From Pelagomonas calceolata (Eukaryota), in the NCBI GenBank assembly GCA_918797485.1, contig CAKKNE010000005.1, positions 992,001-1,056,000 of the forward strand: a stretch of DNA of 64,000 nt, read 5' to 3'. The notes under the pieces were generated by a model, which saw only the letters and a program-made list of their open reading frames with translations, made no database searches and had not been told where the DNA came from. This document shows positions 33,061 through 44,900 of the stretch, piece after piece. The stretch's first letter is position 1, and every line of letters starts with the position of its first letter. The position numbers and the translations under genes are program-made.

Positions 33061-34119
33061 ATGGCGCGCCGCTGGCTCCTGCTCTACGTCACCCTCCAAA
33101 CGTGCCATGGGCTGGCCGGCTTCGGCGCGATGAAAAAAGCCTCAAAACCAAAAAAGAAGAAGAAGCGACCGCGGCCGATGTCCGAATGGAGGAAGCCGGG
33201 TAACGTCTTGCCGCGGACCGCCAGACCAGTACCTGAGTCGATCATGAGGCCCGATTATGCCAACAGCGGCACGCCGCGAGCGGTCGATCTAAGACCGTCC
33301 TGGATGATCGAGGTCAAGTCGAAGAAGGATATCGAGATGATGCGGGCAGCGGGACGATGCGCGCGGGAGGTCCTCGATGCGACTGGAAGAGCCGTCAAAC
33401 CTGGCGTCACGACTGATGAATTGGATGCCGTAGCACATGCAGCAACGATAGAACGAGGCGCATATCCCTCGCCGCTCAACTACCACGGCTTCCCGAAGTC
33501 CATATGTACTTCTGTGAACGAAGTTATATGTCACGGCATACCGGACGACATACCTCTACGAGAGGGCGACGTCGTCAACGTCGACATCACGGTCTACCTG
33601 AATGGCTACCACGGCGACTGCAGCGAGATGTTTTATGTGGGGGAGGTTGATGATCGTAGTAAAAAGTTGGTGGAGGCGACCTACGACTGCTGGCAGGCGG
33701 CGATCGAAGCGTGCAAACCGGGCGTGAACTACAAGCAACTAGGAGGGATTATTGAGGAATCGATAGCAGGTACGGGGTACAAATCCGTGCAGCAGTTCTG
33801 CGGGCACGGCATTGGCAAGCTGTTTCATACGAATCCCAATGTACTACACTACAAAAATAGCGAGCCGAACGGCGTCATGGCCGTCGGCCACACCTTCACG
33901 ATCGAGCCGATGATCTGCGAAGGTACTATTCAAAGCAATTTGTGGGCTGACGACTGGACCGCGGTCACGAAGGATGGCGGTCGGAGCGCGCAGTTCGAGC
34001 ACACGCTCCTGATTACGGAGGACGGCGTCGAGGCGCTCACGGGGAAGATTGAGTCTTCGCCTCTGCAACCGTGGGAGGAAAGTAGGGGGGGCTGGAAGGT
34101 TAAGTGGCCGTCTAGTTGA
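33061..34119 (+). CDS. MAP1: Methionine aminopeptidase type 1, organelle-targeted
   Basis: AYPSPLNYHGFPKSICTSVNEVICHGIPD, GHGIG, FTIEPM, SAQFEHT. Confidence 0.95.
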   Translation: MARRWLLLYVTLQTCHGLAGFGAMKKASKPKKKKKRPRPMSEWRKPGNVLPRTARPVPESIMRPDYANSGTPRAVDLRPSWMIEVKSKKDIEMMRAAGRCAREVLDATGRAVKPGVTTDELDAVAHAATIERGAYPSPLNYHGFPKSICTSVNEVICHGIPDDIPLREGDVVNVDITVYLNGYHGDCSEMFYVGEVDDRSKKLVEATYDCWQAAIEACKPGVNYKQLGGIIEESIAGTGYKSVQQFCGHGIGKLFHTNPNVLHYKNSEPNGVMAVGHTFTIEPMICEGTIQSNLWADDWTAVTKDGGRSAQFEHTLLITEDGVEALTGKIESSPLQPWEESRGGWKVKWPSS

Positions 34120-34404
34120 TTGTCTTTGTTTCTTCTGGCGCATCGACGGCGTGCGAGGGGGGTCCTGCGTTTCCCCGCTACGGTTCTAGGAGTAGCTGGT
34201 GGCGTCCGCCCGGGCCGCGCGTCGCGATTCGTCGGCGGCGGGCCGCGACCCTGATAGCATACTTCCGTCCGCGTGGAGACGCCTCGGCGACGCCCCCCGG
34301 ACGGCTGCGGGCGCCCCGCGCGCGTGGGGTCAAGGAGCGGGTACGGGGAACCCTGCGACATAATTAGCCTGAGCCTGAGCCAAAAAATATACGTATCACT
34401 CTAC

Positions 34405-36113
34405 TTAGATCTGAGGTACGGGCTTCTCTCCTAAACCCTTCTTGTCCCCGGCGCCCTCGCCCCACGGCGCGAGCGTCACGAACTCTTCCGCGGCCGTGGG
34501 ATGCAAGGCCACACACGAGTCGAAGTCCGCCTTCGTGGCCCCCATCTTCACGGCCACCGCGAATCCTTGCAACATTTCATCAGCACCGACGCCGATGACG
34601 TGCAGTCCCACGATCAGCTCGTTCTTGCCCGCGGTCACCATCTTCATGGCCGTGCGCGGCTTGTCGGCCGGGTCGATCGGCATCGGGCCGTACCATAAAT
34701 TAACGAAAGTACTCGTCCAGACCTTGACGTTGCCTTCGCCGTACTTTTCTACCGCTTGCTTCTCGGTCAGTCCGACCGTGCCGATGGGCGGGTGCGAGAA
34801 GACTACTGTGGGCACGTCGCTGTAGTCGGCCTTGCCGTTTACATTAGCAAATAAGCGATCCGCGAGGCGTCTTCCCGCAGCGATGGCCATGGGCGTCAAT
34901 TCCACGTTGCCGCAGACGTCCCCGAGCGCGTAGACGCCTTCCGCAGACGTGTTCTGGAAGTCGTCCACCGCAATATATCTGTTCTTGTCGTCGAGCTTGA
35001 CGCCGGCCTTGTCGAGGGCCAGAGGGCCCGTTAATGGCTCTCGTCCTACGGCTAGGAGGACCTCGTCGTACTCCCCGAGCACCGTGCCGTCCGTGTGCGT
35101 GACGCGCTTCTTTCCATTAATGTCTTCCACTTTCCCGATCGTCGTCTTCGGTCTCAGGGTTAACCCTTGGCGCGCCATCTCCGACACGAGCGTGTCGCTC
35201 ATGAGGTCGTCGAAGGCCCGCAGCGGCTTTTCCCCTCGAACAGCCAACTCCGTCTCGCATCCTAGAGCATGGAGTATGCCCGCCATCTCGACGGCGATAT
35301 ACCCGGCGCCCACGACGAGCGCCGAAGACGGCATCTCTTCGAGCAGGAAGAAGCCGTCCGACGAGATGCAGTGCTCCACGCCCTCGAGATCGGCGGGCAT
35401 CGTGGGCTTGCCGCCGACCGCAATCAATATGTTGTCTGCGGTGTACTTCGTACCAGCGACTTCCACCTCGTTCGGGCCGGTAAACGACGCGAGACCTTCG
35501 AGTTTAGCTACACCGCTCCCTTCCATGTTCCTCCCATAAATACCGTTCAGTCTCGTGACGTAGTTGTCTCTCGCGGTCTTCAACTTGTTCCAATCTAACT
35601 TGACGGACTCCGTACCCGAGTACTGGTAGAGGGGAGCGTCATGCACGCACTCCATGATGTGCGCGGCGTTGTACATGACCTTCTTGGGCACGCAGCCCAC
35701 GTTGACGCAGGTGCCGCCCAGGGCTCCTTTCTCGCAGACGGCGACCTTGGCGCCTGCGGAGCGGATGGCGTGAGCTCTGTGAGTGCGCTCGCTTGGACGC
35801 TGCGTTCCGCACCATGCGTGGCCGCGCGGCGCGCCGAGGCGATGCCGCCGCTGCCGGCGCCGATCACTAAGTAGTCGAAGTGCCTGCGTCGGTCGCATCC
35901 GGTGAGTTCGCTGTCCCGGCGCCGGCGTAGTTGCGTTGCGAAACCTAGACGATCGCGCACGCCTTCTGGAGTTGAGGACGCCGCAGGGTGCGTGTCTGAC
36001 ATTGTGGGTGCAGCGGAGGCCCTGCGCAGCGTCTTGGCTCCACCACGCAGCGATGCAATCGGCCGCAGCGCGCGAGCACTCGCGAGGAGCATCAATGCCA
36101 GCCTGCGATGCAT
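34405..36113 (-). CDS. GSR: Glutathione reductase; exons 36113-35992, 35883-35813, 35753-34405
   Basis: Spliced sequence reads [52 protein letters not shown]; also GAGYIAVE and HPTAAEE. Confidence 0.92.
35883..35987 (-). mobile_element. Putative introner within glutathione reductase intron 1 (GC-AG intron 35884-35991)
   Basis: On the minus strand: CAC-[CCTGCGGCGTC...GACCGACGCAGG]-CAC, i.e. short TIRs flanked by a direct repeat. Confidence 0.55.
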
Positions 36114-36315
36114 TAGTGGTGTGTTGTCCTGCCTATTTGCTCTCTGTCGCAGGTCGTGCAACTCTATCGTGCGGGGTTGGTGGACACTTCCCAAGAGGAC
36201 GTGTAATGGGCGTGTAGACTCAGTTTCACGGTCGTACTGCTCCAAAACCCGACAAACTCAGGTCTCGTCGGCGCCCGACCCGGCGTCTTATAAATTAAGG
36301 ACAATTGGCGCGACC

Positions 36316-37649
36316 ATGGAGGTAGCGCGCTCGCCTGCGACGCCTATGGCCATCCCGCAAGCTTCTCAGGTTGCCCCGCCCGGCGCCAGGGATGCCGCAG
36401 ATGGTTTTTCGCAAGTCTCGACCCGAGACCTGAAACCGAGCGCCGCGACGCCGCCCGCAACCGCCGCCCCCCAAACAACCGTCGCCGAGCCCGCGCCGCC
36501 CACGCCCGTGGCTATGGACGCGAAACCGCCGCCCCCGCCCGCCGCGAACGGGTCGCCCGCCGCCGGGTCGCCCGCAGATTCTGAAAAAGCGCCGCCGGCC
36601 GCCGTCGCCGCGCCGCCGGACGCCGCCGCCGCCGCGACCGCGCCGCCCAAGCGCGCGCCCCTCGTCGCCGCACCTTTATTGGACCCGCCGCGGACCTACG
36701 AGAAGGACGCGAAGACGATCCGAGCGCTCATTTCGTTAGAAGACGGCCCCGGTTTATTAGTAGTGGCCCCGGCGGACGCGACGGTCGCGGACATTTGTCA
36801 AATATGCCAGCCGCGCGTCGAGAAGCGCTTCGGGAAGAACGCGTCGCTCGCGCTGAAGCTCGGCGTCTACGGCGCGCTACCTAGCACGACAAAGTCGCTC
36901 CCGGACTCGGCGCGCTTCGAGGGCATCATCCGGAGGACGCGCGCGTCGCAAGTTTCCTTGGGTGGAGGTGTCGGAGAAAAACGCACGCGCAAGGCCGCGC
37001 GCACCGCCCGCAAAAGATTTCGCGGCGCGGCGGACTCGTCTTCCGACGACGACTACAATGCTGGTGGCTGTTTACCGGTGGCGGCCGTGGCGCCGCCTTC
37101 AGACGCCGGCGAGCTGCGGGCACGGGCGCGCGTGCTCTTCGCGGAGCTCTCCATGCTGACGGACGGCGCGGCGCGGCGTCCCTCATTTTGTCGTGGAGCC
37201 GCCGCGAGACACCGTCGACGCGTGTCGTGGCGGCCTCGCGGAGACGAGACAGCCGTCGACGCGTGTTGGTTCGATCGTCGAGGAGACGCACGCCGTCGAC
37301 GCGGTACCGCGCAGGCCGCGACAAGACCTACCGGCGCGAGGTGCGCACGCTCCTCGCCGCGCGGGGCTGGCGCGTCAACGTCCACGGCAACCAGGAGTTG
37401 GGAGCGGTCCCGCCCGACGGCTGGCCCCACGTCGCGACAATCCTCGAGCGGTCGAAGAACTCGTCCAAGGCGTCGATCCGGACGATCACGGGCGCGAACG
37501 GCGTCGTGCGCTATTTGGAGCTCGTGGCGCACGGCGCGACGGACGTCGTGCCCGAGGTGGAGCCGTCCGCGGCGGAGGTGGCCTCTATTACTCCGCCGGT
37601 CTGGAAGTTCGCGGCGCAGGCGGGGAACCTGCTGGACCCGGTCTACTAG
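36316..37649 (+). CDS. Hypothetical protein; exons 36316-37165, 37315-37649
   Basis: GC-AG intron 37166-37314 joins the two ORFs in frame (MLTDG-RDKTYRREV). Confidence 0.6.
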
Positions 37650-37851
37650 TCCTCTCTCTCTCGTTCCTGTTGTAAGACCCGGTGGTATGAGTGCTACCAT
37701 AAGACAATCATTAGACCGGGATAGGACGTTACGCGACGCACGCGCTGATTTCCCGTGTCGGCCAAGCACAATGCCCAGGCTTCCTGTCTCCTGTCGGGGC
37801 ACGAGGCGAGGAGTGATAGCGACGCGACGACGCGACGTTTACACAACATTA

Positions 37852-39198
37852 TTACCCGCAGCAGAACACCCCCTCGGGCACCCGCGAGCACCTATCCGGA
37901 GAAGAAACGACCGGCGCGGCCCGGAGCGCCGCGGCCAACCGCCCTCCAGCGCACGTGTCCGCAGCTGCACCGTGGCAGCCCTCGCCCACCAACCCATGGT
38001 CCGACGCTACCAATGACGCAAACGCGTCCAAATCCTCCCGGTCGTCCCAGCCTAGTAAAACCCGGCCGCCGTCGACCTCGAACCCGTATTCATACCACAA
38101 AACGTCGGGCTCCGCTGAATGCAAGTCGTACATGTGCTCCGGATGGAGATTGAAGTGCCAGGCGGATTCCGGGCGACACGGGGACCACCTTCCTTCAGTC
38201 GCATAATCGGCCGCCACATCAACTCTCACAAAATTGCCGCCGGTCACACCATCGATCAACAGACCGACCTCAACATCATCAGGTAAGGGTCTCGAAGACG
38301 TCATCGTCGCGACGTGCTTTGCTAAATCTCTTGATAGGATATACGCGTTGCCTTGCGCGAATGGAGGATATCGGTCCGCGGGATATTCGGCACGTGAAAC
38401 GACCCAGGCCTTGTTCGCGCGCGTCCAGTCGTCGTCCGAAATACCTTCAGGTGCTTGGGGTATGGTATCTATACGCGGCACGTGCATCGTATTTGGATCA
38501 ACAAAGAGCCCTGCATAGACGCGCGACGGCGGTCCCGCTTTATATAACCCTGCTACGGTCGCCTCCAGCCGCAGGTAGACGTCGTCGTTCGCCCTTAGTA
38601 CATACCAGGCGCCGCACGTGTTTGCGCCCCAGTGGAAGATGGCCCGCACTTTGTGCCATGTTGCTTTGTAGCTCTCTGTCACGTTCACTATATGTATATC
38701 TCTATGGATGCTCATCTCGGCCGCCGGTATTAAGCCGTTTCCGGGAATACCGAGGAAGAATCGGTATGCCACCCCAAACTTCCCCGGTGCTCGCAGCCAC
38801 GTCTCGCGGATGGCGCTTCTATGTGCTTGATTTGTCGAAGCGCTCACGACGCCCAAAGCGACGACGGCCTCGTCGCACTTTGTGATCGGATCCAGCGTCT
38901 CGCCGCAAGGCACGTGGTCATACGAGAGAGGTACATCATTTGATGAGAGAGAGGGCGCCATCACGACCGGCTCGTTGTAAGATCGCCTCCTAACAAGATC
39001 GCGCGCGCGCATGTCGACCCAGCGCGCCCAGTGAGTATCGCACGTCGCCTCCGACCGGTCGCGGCGGCATTGCTCGGCGAAGATGCGTTGCGTGCCCGCG
39101 GCGTCCTGTTGCGCTTGAATGCGGTCGTCCTTCGTCGGCGTGGCGACGCGGGCGGCCCGCGCCGTGGCGAGCAGCAGCGCGACGACGGCGTGCTGCAT
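37852..39198 (-). CDS. GT31 beta-1,3-galactosyltransferase family protein
   Basis: RSAIRETW, ESYKATWHKV, YVLRANDDVYL, YPPFAQGNAYILSRDL, DDVEVG. Confidence 0.85.
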   Translation of the reverse strand: MQHAVVALLLATARAARVATPTKDDRIQAQQDAAGTQRIFAEQCRRDRSEATCDTHWARWVDMRARDLVRRRSYNEPVVMAPSLSSNDVPLSYDHVPCGETLDPITKCDEAVVALGVVSASTNQAHRSAIRETWLRAPGKFGVAYRFFLGIPGNGLIPAAEMSIHRDIHIVNVTESYKATWHKVRAIFHWGANTCGAWYVLRANDDVYLRLEATVAGLYKAGPPSRVYAGLFVDPNTMHVPRIDTIPQAPEGISDDDWTRANKAWVVSRAEYPADRYPPFAQGNAYILSRDLAKHVATMTSSRPLPDDVEVGLLIDGVTGGNFVRVDVAADYATEGRWSPCRPESAWHFNLHPEHMYDLHSAEPDVLWYEYGFEVDGGRVLLGWDDREDLDAFASLVASDHGLVGEGCHGAAADTCAGGRLAAALRAAPVVSSPDRCSRVPEGVFCCG

Positions 39199-39530
39199 CG
39201 TGCCTGAGAGGCTGCCCCTAGCCGGGATCGCTTCCACGCCCCCGGCGCGACGCCGGCGCGACGCGTGGCGCTTGCTTGCGATCGCTGGCGTGCGGTTGAC
39301 GCTCCGTTCGCCTGCAGCGCTTTGTGAGAAGAAACTAGAGTGATTAACTAGTGATTATTAAATTTCCATCGGCGCATCCCAGGTCCCGTCGAAGCACCAA
39401 GGCTGCCCAGCAACTGAGGAGTAGTTGCTGCTTCACATCCAGTGCTGCTTCGCATCCGTGTGTGACGAGCAACCCCCAGCCACCACCCCACAGTTCCATA
39501 GCATCGACCTCGACGACCGGTCGCGGCGCC

Positions 39531-39935
39531 ATGGACCTCATGGACGCCCCCGTCGAGGACGGCGCCATGCCCTCGCCCGCAGACATGGGCGTCGGTCTTG
39601 ATCAGGAGAAGATGGCGGCCTTCGATGCGGCCGTGAATAAGAGGAGGGACGACGAGGCCGCTTTGGTGACGAAAAACCAGGCCGAGGCAAAAACAGCACT
39701 CGCGCAGCTCGAGACCGAGCGCCAAACGACCTTCCAGGGCCGCATGCAGGCCAATAGGGAGAAGGAACAAGTGAAAATGGAGCAGATGGCGGCGGACAAC
39801 GAGTCGCCGAACCCGTGGGAGCGCGTCGTCAGTTTGGTCGATTTGCAGGCCGACGCGGTCGCCGCGGCGGGCGACACGTCGCGCATGCGCCAGGTCTTCA
39901 TCCAGATGAAGAACTCGGCGAAGGCGAGCGCGTGA
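39531..39935 (+). CDS. CLC: Clathrin light chain
   Basis: Helical core followed by NPWERVVSLVDL...DTSRMRQVFIQMK. Confidence 0.85.
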   Translation: MDLMDAPVEDGAMPSPADMGVGLDQEKMAAFDAAVNKRRDDEAALVTKNQAEAKTALAQLETERQTTFQGRMQANREKEQVKMEQMAADNESPNPWERVVSLVDLQADAVAAAGDTSRMRQVFIQMKNSAKASA

Positions 39936-39992
39936 GGCGCTTGTGCGTTGGTCGCGACTCACGGACGGCGTGTGGGGGGCTAATCTATATGT

Positions 39993-40250
39993 CTATCTAC
40001 TTAAACATTTTTCGGAGTGGGCGACTATCTCGCGTGCTAACCCCAACGATTTCTTGTAGCGCAAAGTCTGCGGATGGTCTGCGCCAAACACCCTCCGCGA
40101 TCTCCTTTCAATATCCTCGAGTATGGTCACGGCCTCTCGCAGATCCTCTGCGGCGGAAGCGCCGCCGGGACCGTCGACAAAGACTCCAACCAGAACTTTC
40201 GTATATAGGTCGCGCAAATCTAACGTGACATCGTCATCGTCTCCGATCCA
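39993..40250 (-). pseudogene. Fragment of a TPR-like protein C-terminus
   Basis: DDDVTLDLRDLYTKVL...EDLREAVTILEDIERRSRRVFGADHPQT; no ATG of its own. Confidence 0.5.
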
Positions 40251-40710
40251 GACCGGTCGACGGGAAGCCCATGGCTATTAGTCTAGGTGTGACGTCCGTC
40301 AAATCGAGGTCGAACTCGACGGAGTCGATTGAGGTTTGTGTCCGCTTCTTCTTTTTGCTCACTTTGTGGCGCATGGCGTCGAAGAAGAAGGTTCTATGCG
40401 CTCGTGGCGTGACCGCGGTCGCAGACGCGGTCGGCGTCGGCGCGGGCGTCGGCGGCACGTGGCTTTGTTCGTGGCGCGGGCTCGCGCTGCGGCCGCGGCG
40501 GGGCGACGGCGAGCCCGGCGTCTTGACTTCGCCGGAGCTGCCGTCCCTGGCGGCGTGGTAGCGGCGCCGCGGGTCGGCCGCCACGTCAATCGGCGGCGCT
40601 CGCCTCCTGTCGTCTCTGGACGATCGTTGCCGCGGCGCCTCGCGGTCGGCCCAGTAAGGCCGCCGCGGCGCGGCGTCGCTCGAGCACTGCGCTTTTATTG
40701 CCATTACCAA
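40234..40710 (-). pseudogene. Truncated PTEN-like phosphatase (N-terminus only)
   Basis: RHKVSKKKKR...FDLDLTDVTPRLIAMGFPS matches the PTEN N-terminal motif, then stops before any HCxxGxxR. Confidence 0.65.
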
Positions 40711-41110
40711 TAGGTATATTTTTCGGCTCTGTTGCTGCTCGGGAGAGCAGATTCGGCAGGCTATCGTTAGTGGTCGTCGTTATGAGTCCAGAGGGTTGCA
40801 CTTCGCGCCTCCTGTGTTCTGTCGTCGAATCGCGGAGCTTGGTCGGCTCTCCAGGCTGGGCCTTTGCCGTAAAGTCTGGTAAATGCACGACGCCAAGGTA
40901 CGCACACCTCGTCAGGGCCCTTTCCTAGAGCTCAAACGGAGCGCTCCGCCCGCGGGACGCTTCCGTGTTCAAGTCCACCTTCGAGGCGCCGGGACCGCGC
41001 GATGTCGCCTGATGCAGGCAGTGACGATCGGGAGGCGTCCGTGCCGGACGCGTACCGCCTCATGCGCGTCGGCGACGCCTCGTACCCCTACCATCTGCCT
41101 CCTGGAGAGT

Positions 41111-41134
41111 CTAGTGTCTTTAACAGGCCGCTAG
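41111..41134 (-). promoter_or_regulatory. CTAG-bounded upstream motif
   Basis: CTAGTGTCTTTAACAGGCCGCTAG, between divergent genes. Confidence 0.7.
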
Positions 41135-41313
41135 CATTATCCACAGCGCGGCGGGAGAGCGCGCTGGAGTTAGTTGCGAGTTCCTCGTAGAGAGTTTGTG
41201 GCTTAACGAACCAGTGAGATAGAACAGCAGCGCCATCCGCTCGGCCGAGCAGGGAGCGCACAGCACGCCGTCGGGGCAGCCCCAAGCCCCAAGCAAGAGC
41301 ACACAGAGACACC

Positions 41314-42895
41314 ATGCAGGACTACCTCGCCCACCCCTCGGACCTGAGCAAGGGCCACACTGTAATAGTAGACGGGAGAAGACTGACCATGGCGAATTTG
41401 GGGAAGGACATCGTCCACGGCGAAGTCAAATTACAAGGACCACCGCGACCCTCCATCAAAAAACAGTTCCCGCAGGAGCCGAGCCCCTTCTCGCCCGACC
41501 GATCGAGACAGAGAGAGCACACTGGAGTGAAGAGAATACCACCACCGGATGGTAAACCAGTGAAACCCTTGCCCATCCTGAGGCGAGGCGTCGCACCGGC
41601 TCAGAGAGAATCGGAGCTAGAACAACCGAGGCGAATGCGCAAATCGGGAGAAGCCATCGCCAAGTGGCAGCAGGTCGACTACGACACGCTGAATCCCTGC
41701 GGTATCCAGTACGAGAACGATTACAAGCATAAACCGGAAGGTGAAAATGTCTACGAGGAGGACATGTCAGCGAAGGCGCGGTTCCGCGAGGCGTGCTTCG
41801 GCGGCGGCCACGGCGCGTCCATGGGTTTAATTAGGCACATCTTCAAGAGGTTCGACACGGACGGCGACGGGATGCTTACTAGGGATGAACTGCGACTCGG
41901 TCTCCAGTCGAGGAATCGGGACATCACGCACTTCGACGCCTTCTGGACGGAGATCGATCGGGATGCGAACGACAAGATCGACATGCTCGAGCTGGCGCGG
42001 GCTTTAGCTGAAGACCAGGAGGACAATTTGTTCTTGAATGCGGATGAAAGCATGCCGCCCGCCGGGTCGCCGGCGCCTGTTTCTGTGAATCGGGGCAAGC
42101 GCGACGGCGGCGCCATCGCGGAGTGGTGCTTGGGCGGCGTCCTTTTGCCTTCGCGTGACCGTGTGCTCGCGTCGCCCGCCGTGACCCCGTGCTCGCGCGG
42201 GAGTCGCGTCGATGGCGTAAAGCGCGACTCGTGAGAGCCACACCATCGCAACACGCAGGCAGCGCGCCCCCTACGACATTTTAAGTCCTGGACCGAGACC
42301 AGAAAGCCCTTTCAAGGAGTTCCCGAATTCTCCAGTGAGGACGTCGTTGGATCGCCTGAAGCGCCAATTATCATTGGCGTGCCACGGCGCCGGCGCCGGT
42401 GCGTCCATGGGTCTCCTCCGATCAATATTCAAGCACTTTGATAAAGATGGCAACGGGCGCATTTCGACGGACGAGCTGAAACGGGGGTTGCGGATGCACG
42501 GTGTGGAAGTGGCCGATGACGATTTAACGGCAATTTCAAAAGAGATGGACCTGAACAAGGACGGTTTTGTTTCATTATCAGAATTTGCGCATGCCATTTG
42601 TGGTGGGTTTGAAGAGTTGACGCCTGAGGAAGCTCGCGCGCGGCGGCCGCCGATGTCTCCGCAAAAACTAAGGCAGGACTTCGACGCCATACCAACCTCA
42701 GTGATTCGAAAGGTCTTCGCGGACTTGGTTCGGTCGGGCTGTCCGAAAAAAGTGCCTTGCGCGCGGCTGGCCGAGGCTTTACGGAGGCACGCTTTACTTG
42801 ATGTGACGGAGAACGACCTGAAGGAGCTTTCTTCGGCGGATGCGCTGACCATCGAGGAGCTGTATGCGGCGGCGTACCGGGAGGCGGGGGCGTAA
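41314..42895 (+). CDS. EF-hand protein with internal duplication; exons 41314-42125, 42259-42895
   Basis: EF-hands DTDGDGMLTRDE, DRDANDKIDMLE, DKDGNGRISTDE, DLNKDGFVSLSE. Splicing 42126-42258 restores IAEWQRAPYDILSP, which parallels IAKWQQVDYDTLNP. GTAAGT at 42892 could allow a further exon. Confidence 0.8.
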
Positions 42896-43143
42896 GTTTC
42901 GTTGGTTCGATTCGAGGGGCGTTCGCGGCGCGGTCGCTTTTTTTGTTTGCCTGGTTTAAGATCCTTGTGGAGAGGGGTCGTTGGCGCGTCTGGGCGGGTG
43001 TGATTGCGTCCTCGCGTCGGGCTCCTGAGCAGGTTGACGCGATGACGGCATTGGTTGATGCTCTCTCTGTCGGAAGAAGGTTTTTGAATTCTGGAGGTGG
43101 AGACGCGCGCCATCGCGTCAAATCAGTCTAACTCTCACCTCAA

Positions 43144-43485
43144 ATGACGGAAGCGCCAAACAATACGCCCGATTCGGAACTGCTTACTCCTGAAAGCCAA
43201 ATTAGACACCTCGAGCCGGCGTGCCCGCCGCGGCCCGTTAGACCTGCGCATCCACCTCGTAAAACAGCCAGCTGGGGCGCGAAGACGTTGCAGAAATCCT
43301 GGACCGGCGAGACAACGGCCAGCATGGACGCGTCGCTCAGCCGATGCGCCGCCGCATCCGCGTTCGAGCCTGTGACTCCGTCGCCGCCGGAGGGCAAACC
43401 AACACATCTCATCCCACGCGTCACGCCCGAGGAAGCCGTGCGCAAGTCCCTGCTCGACGAGGACCTCGCGTGGGCGACGGCGTGA
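43144..43485 (+). CDS. Possible small hypothetical protein or terminal exon
   Basis: 113-aa ATG ORF with GC3-biased 3' half; no motif recognised. Confidence 0.3.
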   Translation: MTEAPNNTPDSELLTPESQIRHLEPACPPRPVRPAHPPRKTASWGAKTLQKSWTGETTASMDASLSRCAAASAFEPVTPSPPEGKPTHLIPRVTPEEAVRKSLLDEDLAWATA

Positions 43486-43885
43486 GCTCGGGACGTAGGT
43501 ACCCCATCCTCTTCCCTGATCACCCCATCTCCTTCATATGATGACGCTCGCCGGCGCGGGCGTCTGACCTCCCATCACCACAAAAATTGCTGCTGGCGCG
43601 GGCGCGCGTGCCACAGCTGAAAATCAACCTTAGGCTAATTAATGGATGTATTATATTCTTGGCAGTAGTGTATTTGCTGAGCATTGGGCGGCGGGACGTC
43701 TCCGAGAGGCCGCGTCGACGTCGTGCGGAAGACTGCCCGTCGCCCGACGCCGAGCCGCCGGCCAATTCCCAGATCCGCCTCGCTCGCTACCAGCGGTGCC
43801 CATGCTGATGTGATTGATACCGCGATCGCTTTCGATTCTAACGCGGCTGAGAGCCGGTAGCTGCTGCAAAAAGAGCAAGACCGAG

Positions 43886-43907
43886 CTAGCGTATTGATAC
43901 ACACTAG
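43886..43907 (+). promoter_or_regulatory. CTAG-bounded upstream motif (variant, no clear adjacent gene)
   Basis: CTAGCGTATTGATACACACTAG. Confidence 0.55.
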
Positions 43908-43959
43908 CAAATTCTAAGATACGCCTCAGTGGCGTCAAAAGAATGACGGAAATTCAGAA

Positions 43960-44900
43960 TACATCCTAGTCGTTCGCCGATACCAAAGATTTCAGAGTAG
44001 CGGTCCGGGAACATACCCTCGCGCCTCCCGGAAGGCACCGCCCGTGACATTCGCGGATGAGTCTTACGAGTTTCCAAAGTAGACCAGCGATTGACGCCGC
44101 CATTTCCCGTCCGAATGGGACATTATATCAACTCCAGCCCAGTTTTCATACATAATCGACGGAACCGGAGCCGACGGCCCACGCTCGGAGGGCGGGAGAA
44201 GAATTCTACTAGACAACTCTCGCGTTTATGTTCGTTTTTATCCGTTTGTTAGTGGTAGAGTCCATCTAACCCGCATCGGCGTGCGCTGAGCTATTTTAGG
44301 TCATCCGTTAGAGCCGCGCGATTCGACGACTCCGCGCCCCTGCTTTTGCACGAAGATGGCAAAATAACCTGAACCTGCGAGTATCAGCGACGATACCATC
44401 CAGATGGACCATAACGCCGTTGTTCTATTCACAATCGACCGACTTGCCCGTTCTCCGCGGACGACGGTGCGTACGCGGGGCACTGAATTGGCCCCAGACC
44501 GGTGGTTTATAAAGTAAATTTGCGTTTCAGGCGCTTTAGTTGTGGGACGGGCTAGATAACCGGCCTGAGCGGCTACTACATTGCTCGAGACCCCACGATG
44601 CTCCGCGCGGCTCGTCCATCCCGGGACCCCAATATCTCCTCAATTTGGACTTAAGACCTGGACCTGCGACCATCAGCCCGTGTACCATCACCATGGACCA
44701 TAATGAGATCATTTGTTTCATGAACGACCGACTTGCTCGAGGTCCAGATCAAGATGTTCACGTCCCGAGCGTGGTCGGCCAAAAGTACCCTTCTCGTGGT
44801 GTAGATGTCATATACTTGTAATTGACTATCGGTGGGGTAGTATGGGGTCCAACGAGACCGCTACGGCGACTACTGGGGCCCTAGAGAAATTAACGTTTTT
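43960..44900. repeat. Diverged tandem repeat, ~289-bp unit, about 3 copies
   Basis: 44368-44457 and 44657-44746 align without gaps at about 62/90 nt. Weaker matching landmarks occur one unit upstream. Confidence 0.65.

Noticed and set aside
35902..38016. 704-aa ORF as a single protein
   Set aside because: It overlaps glutathione reductase and GT31 and reads through an intron. The spliced model 36316-37649 is more coherent.
43538..43620. Possible C/D box snoRNA (ATGATGA...CTGA...CTGA)
   Set aside because: No terminal stem, no clear C' box and no convincing rRNA guide next to a D box. Would need snoscan or Infernal to revive.
44390..44710. ~100-codon open frame when the sequence is read reversed without complementing
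   Set aside because: Biologically meaningless orientation, and the length is within chance expectation.
44368..44746. Repeat pair as a DGR template/variable repeat
   Set aside because: Mismatches are not adenine-specific and no reverse transcriptase is present.
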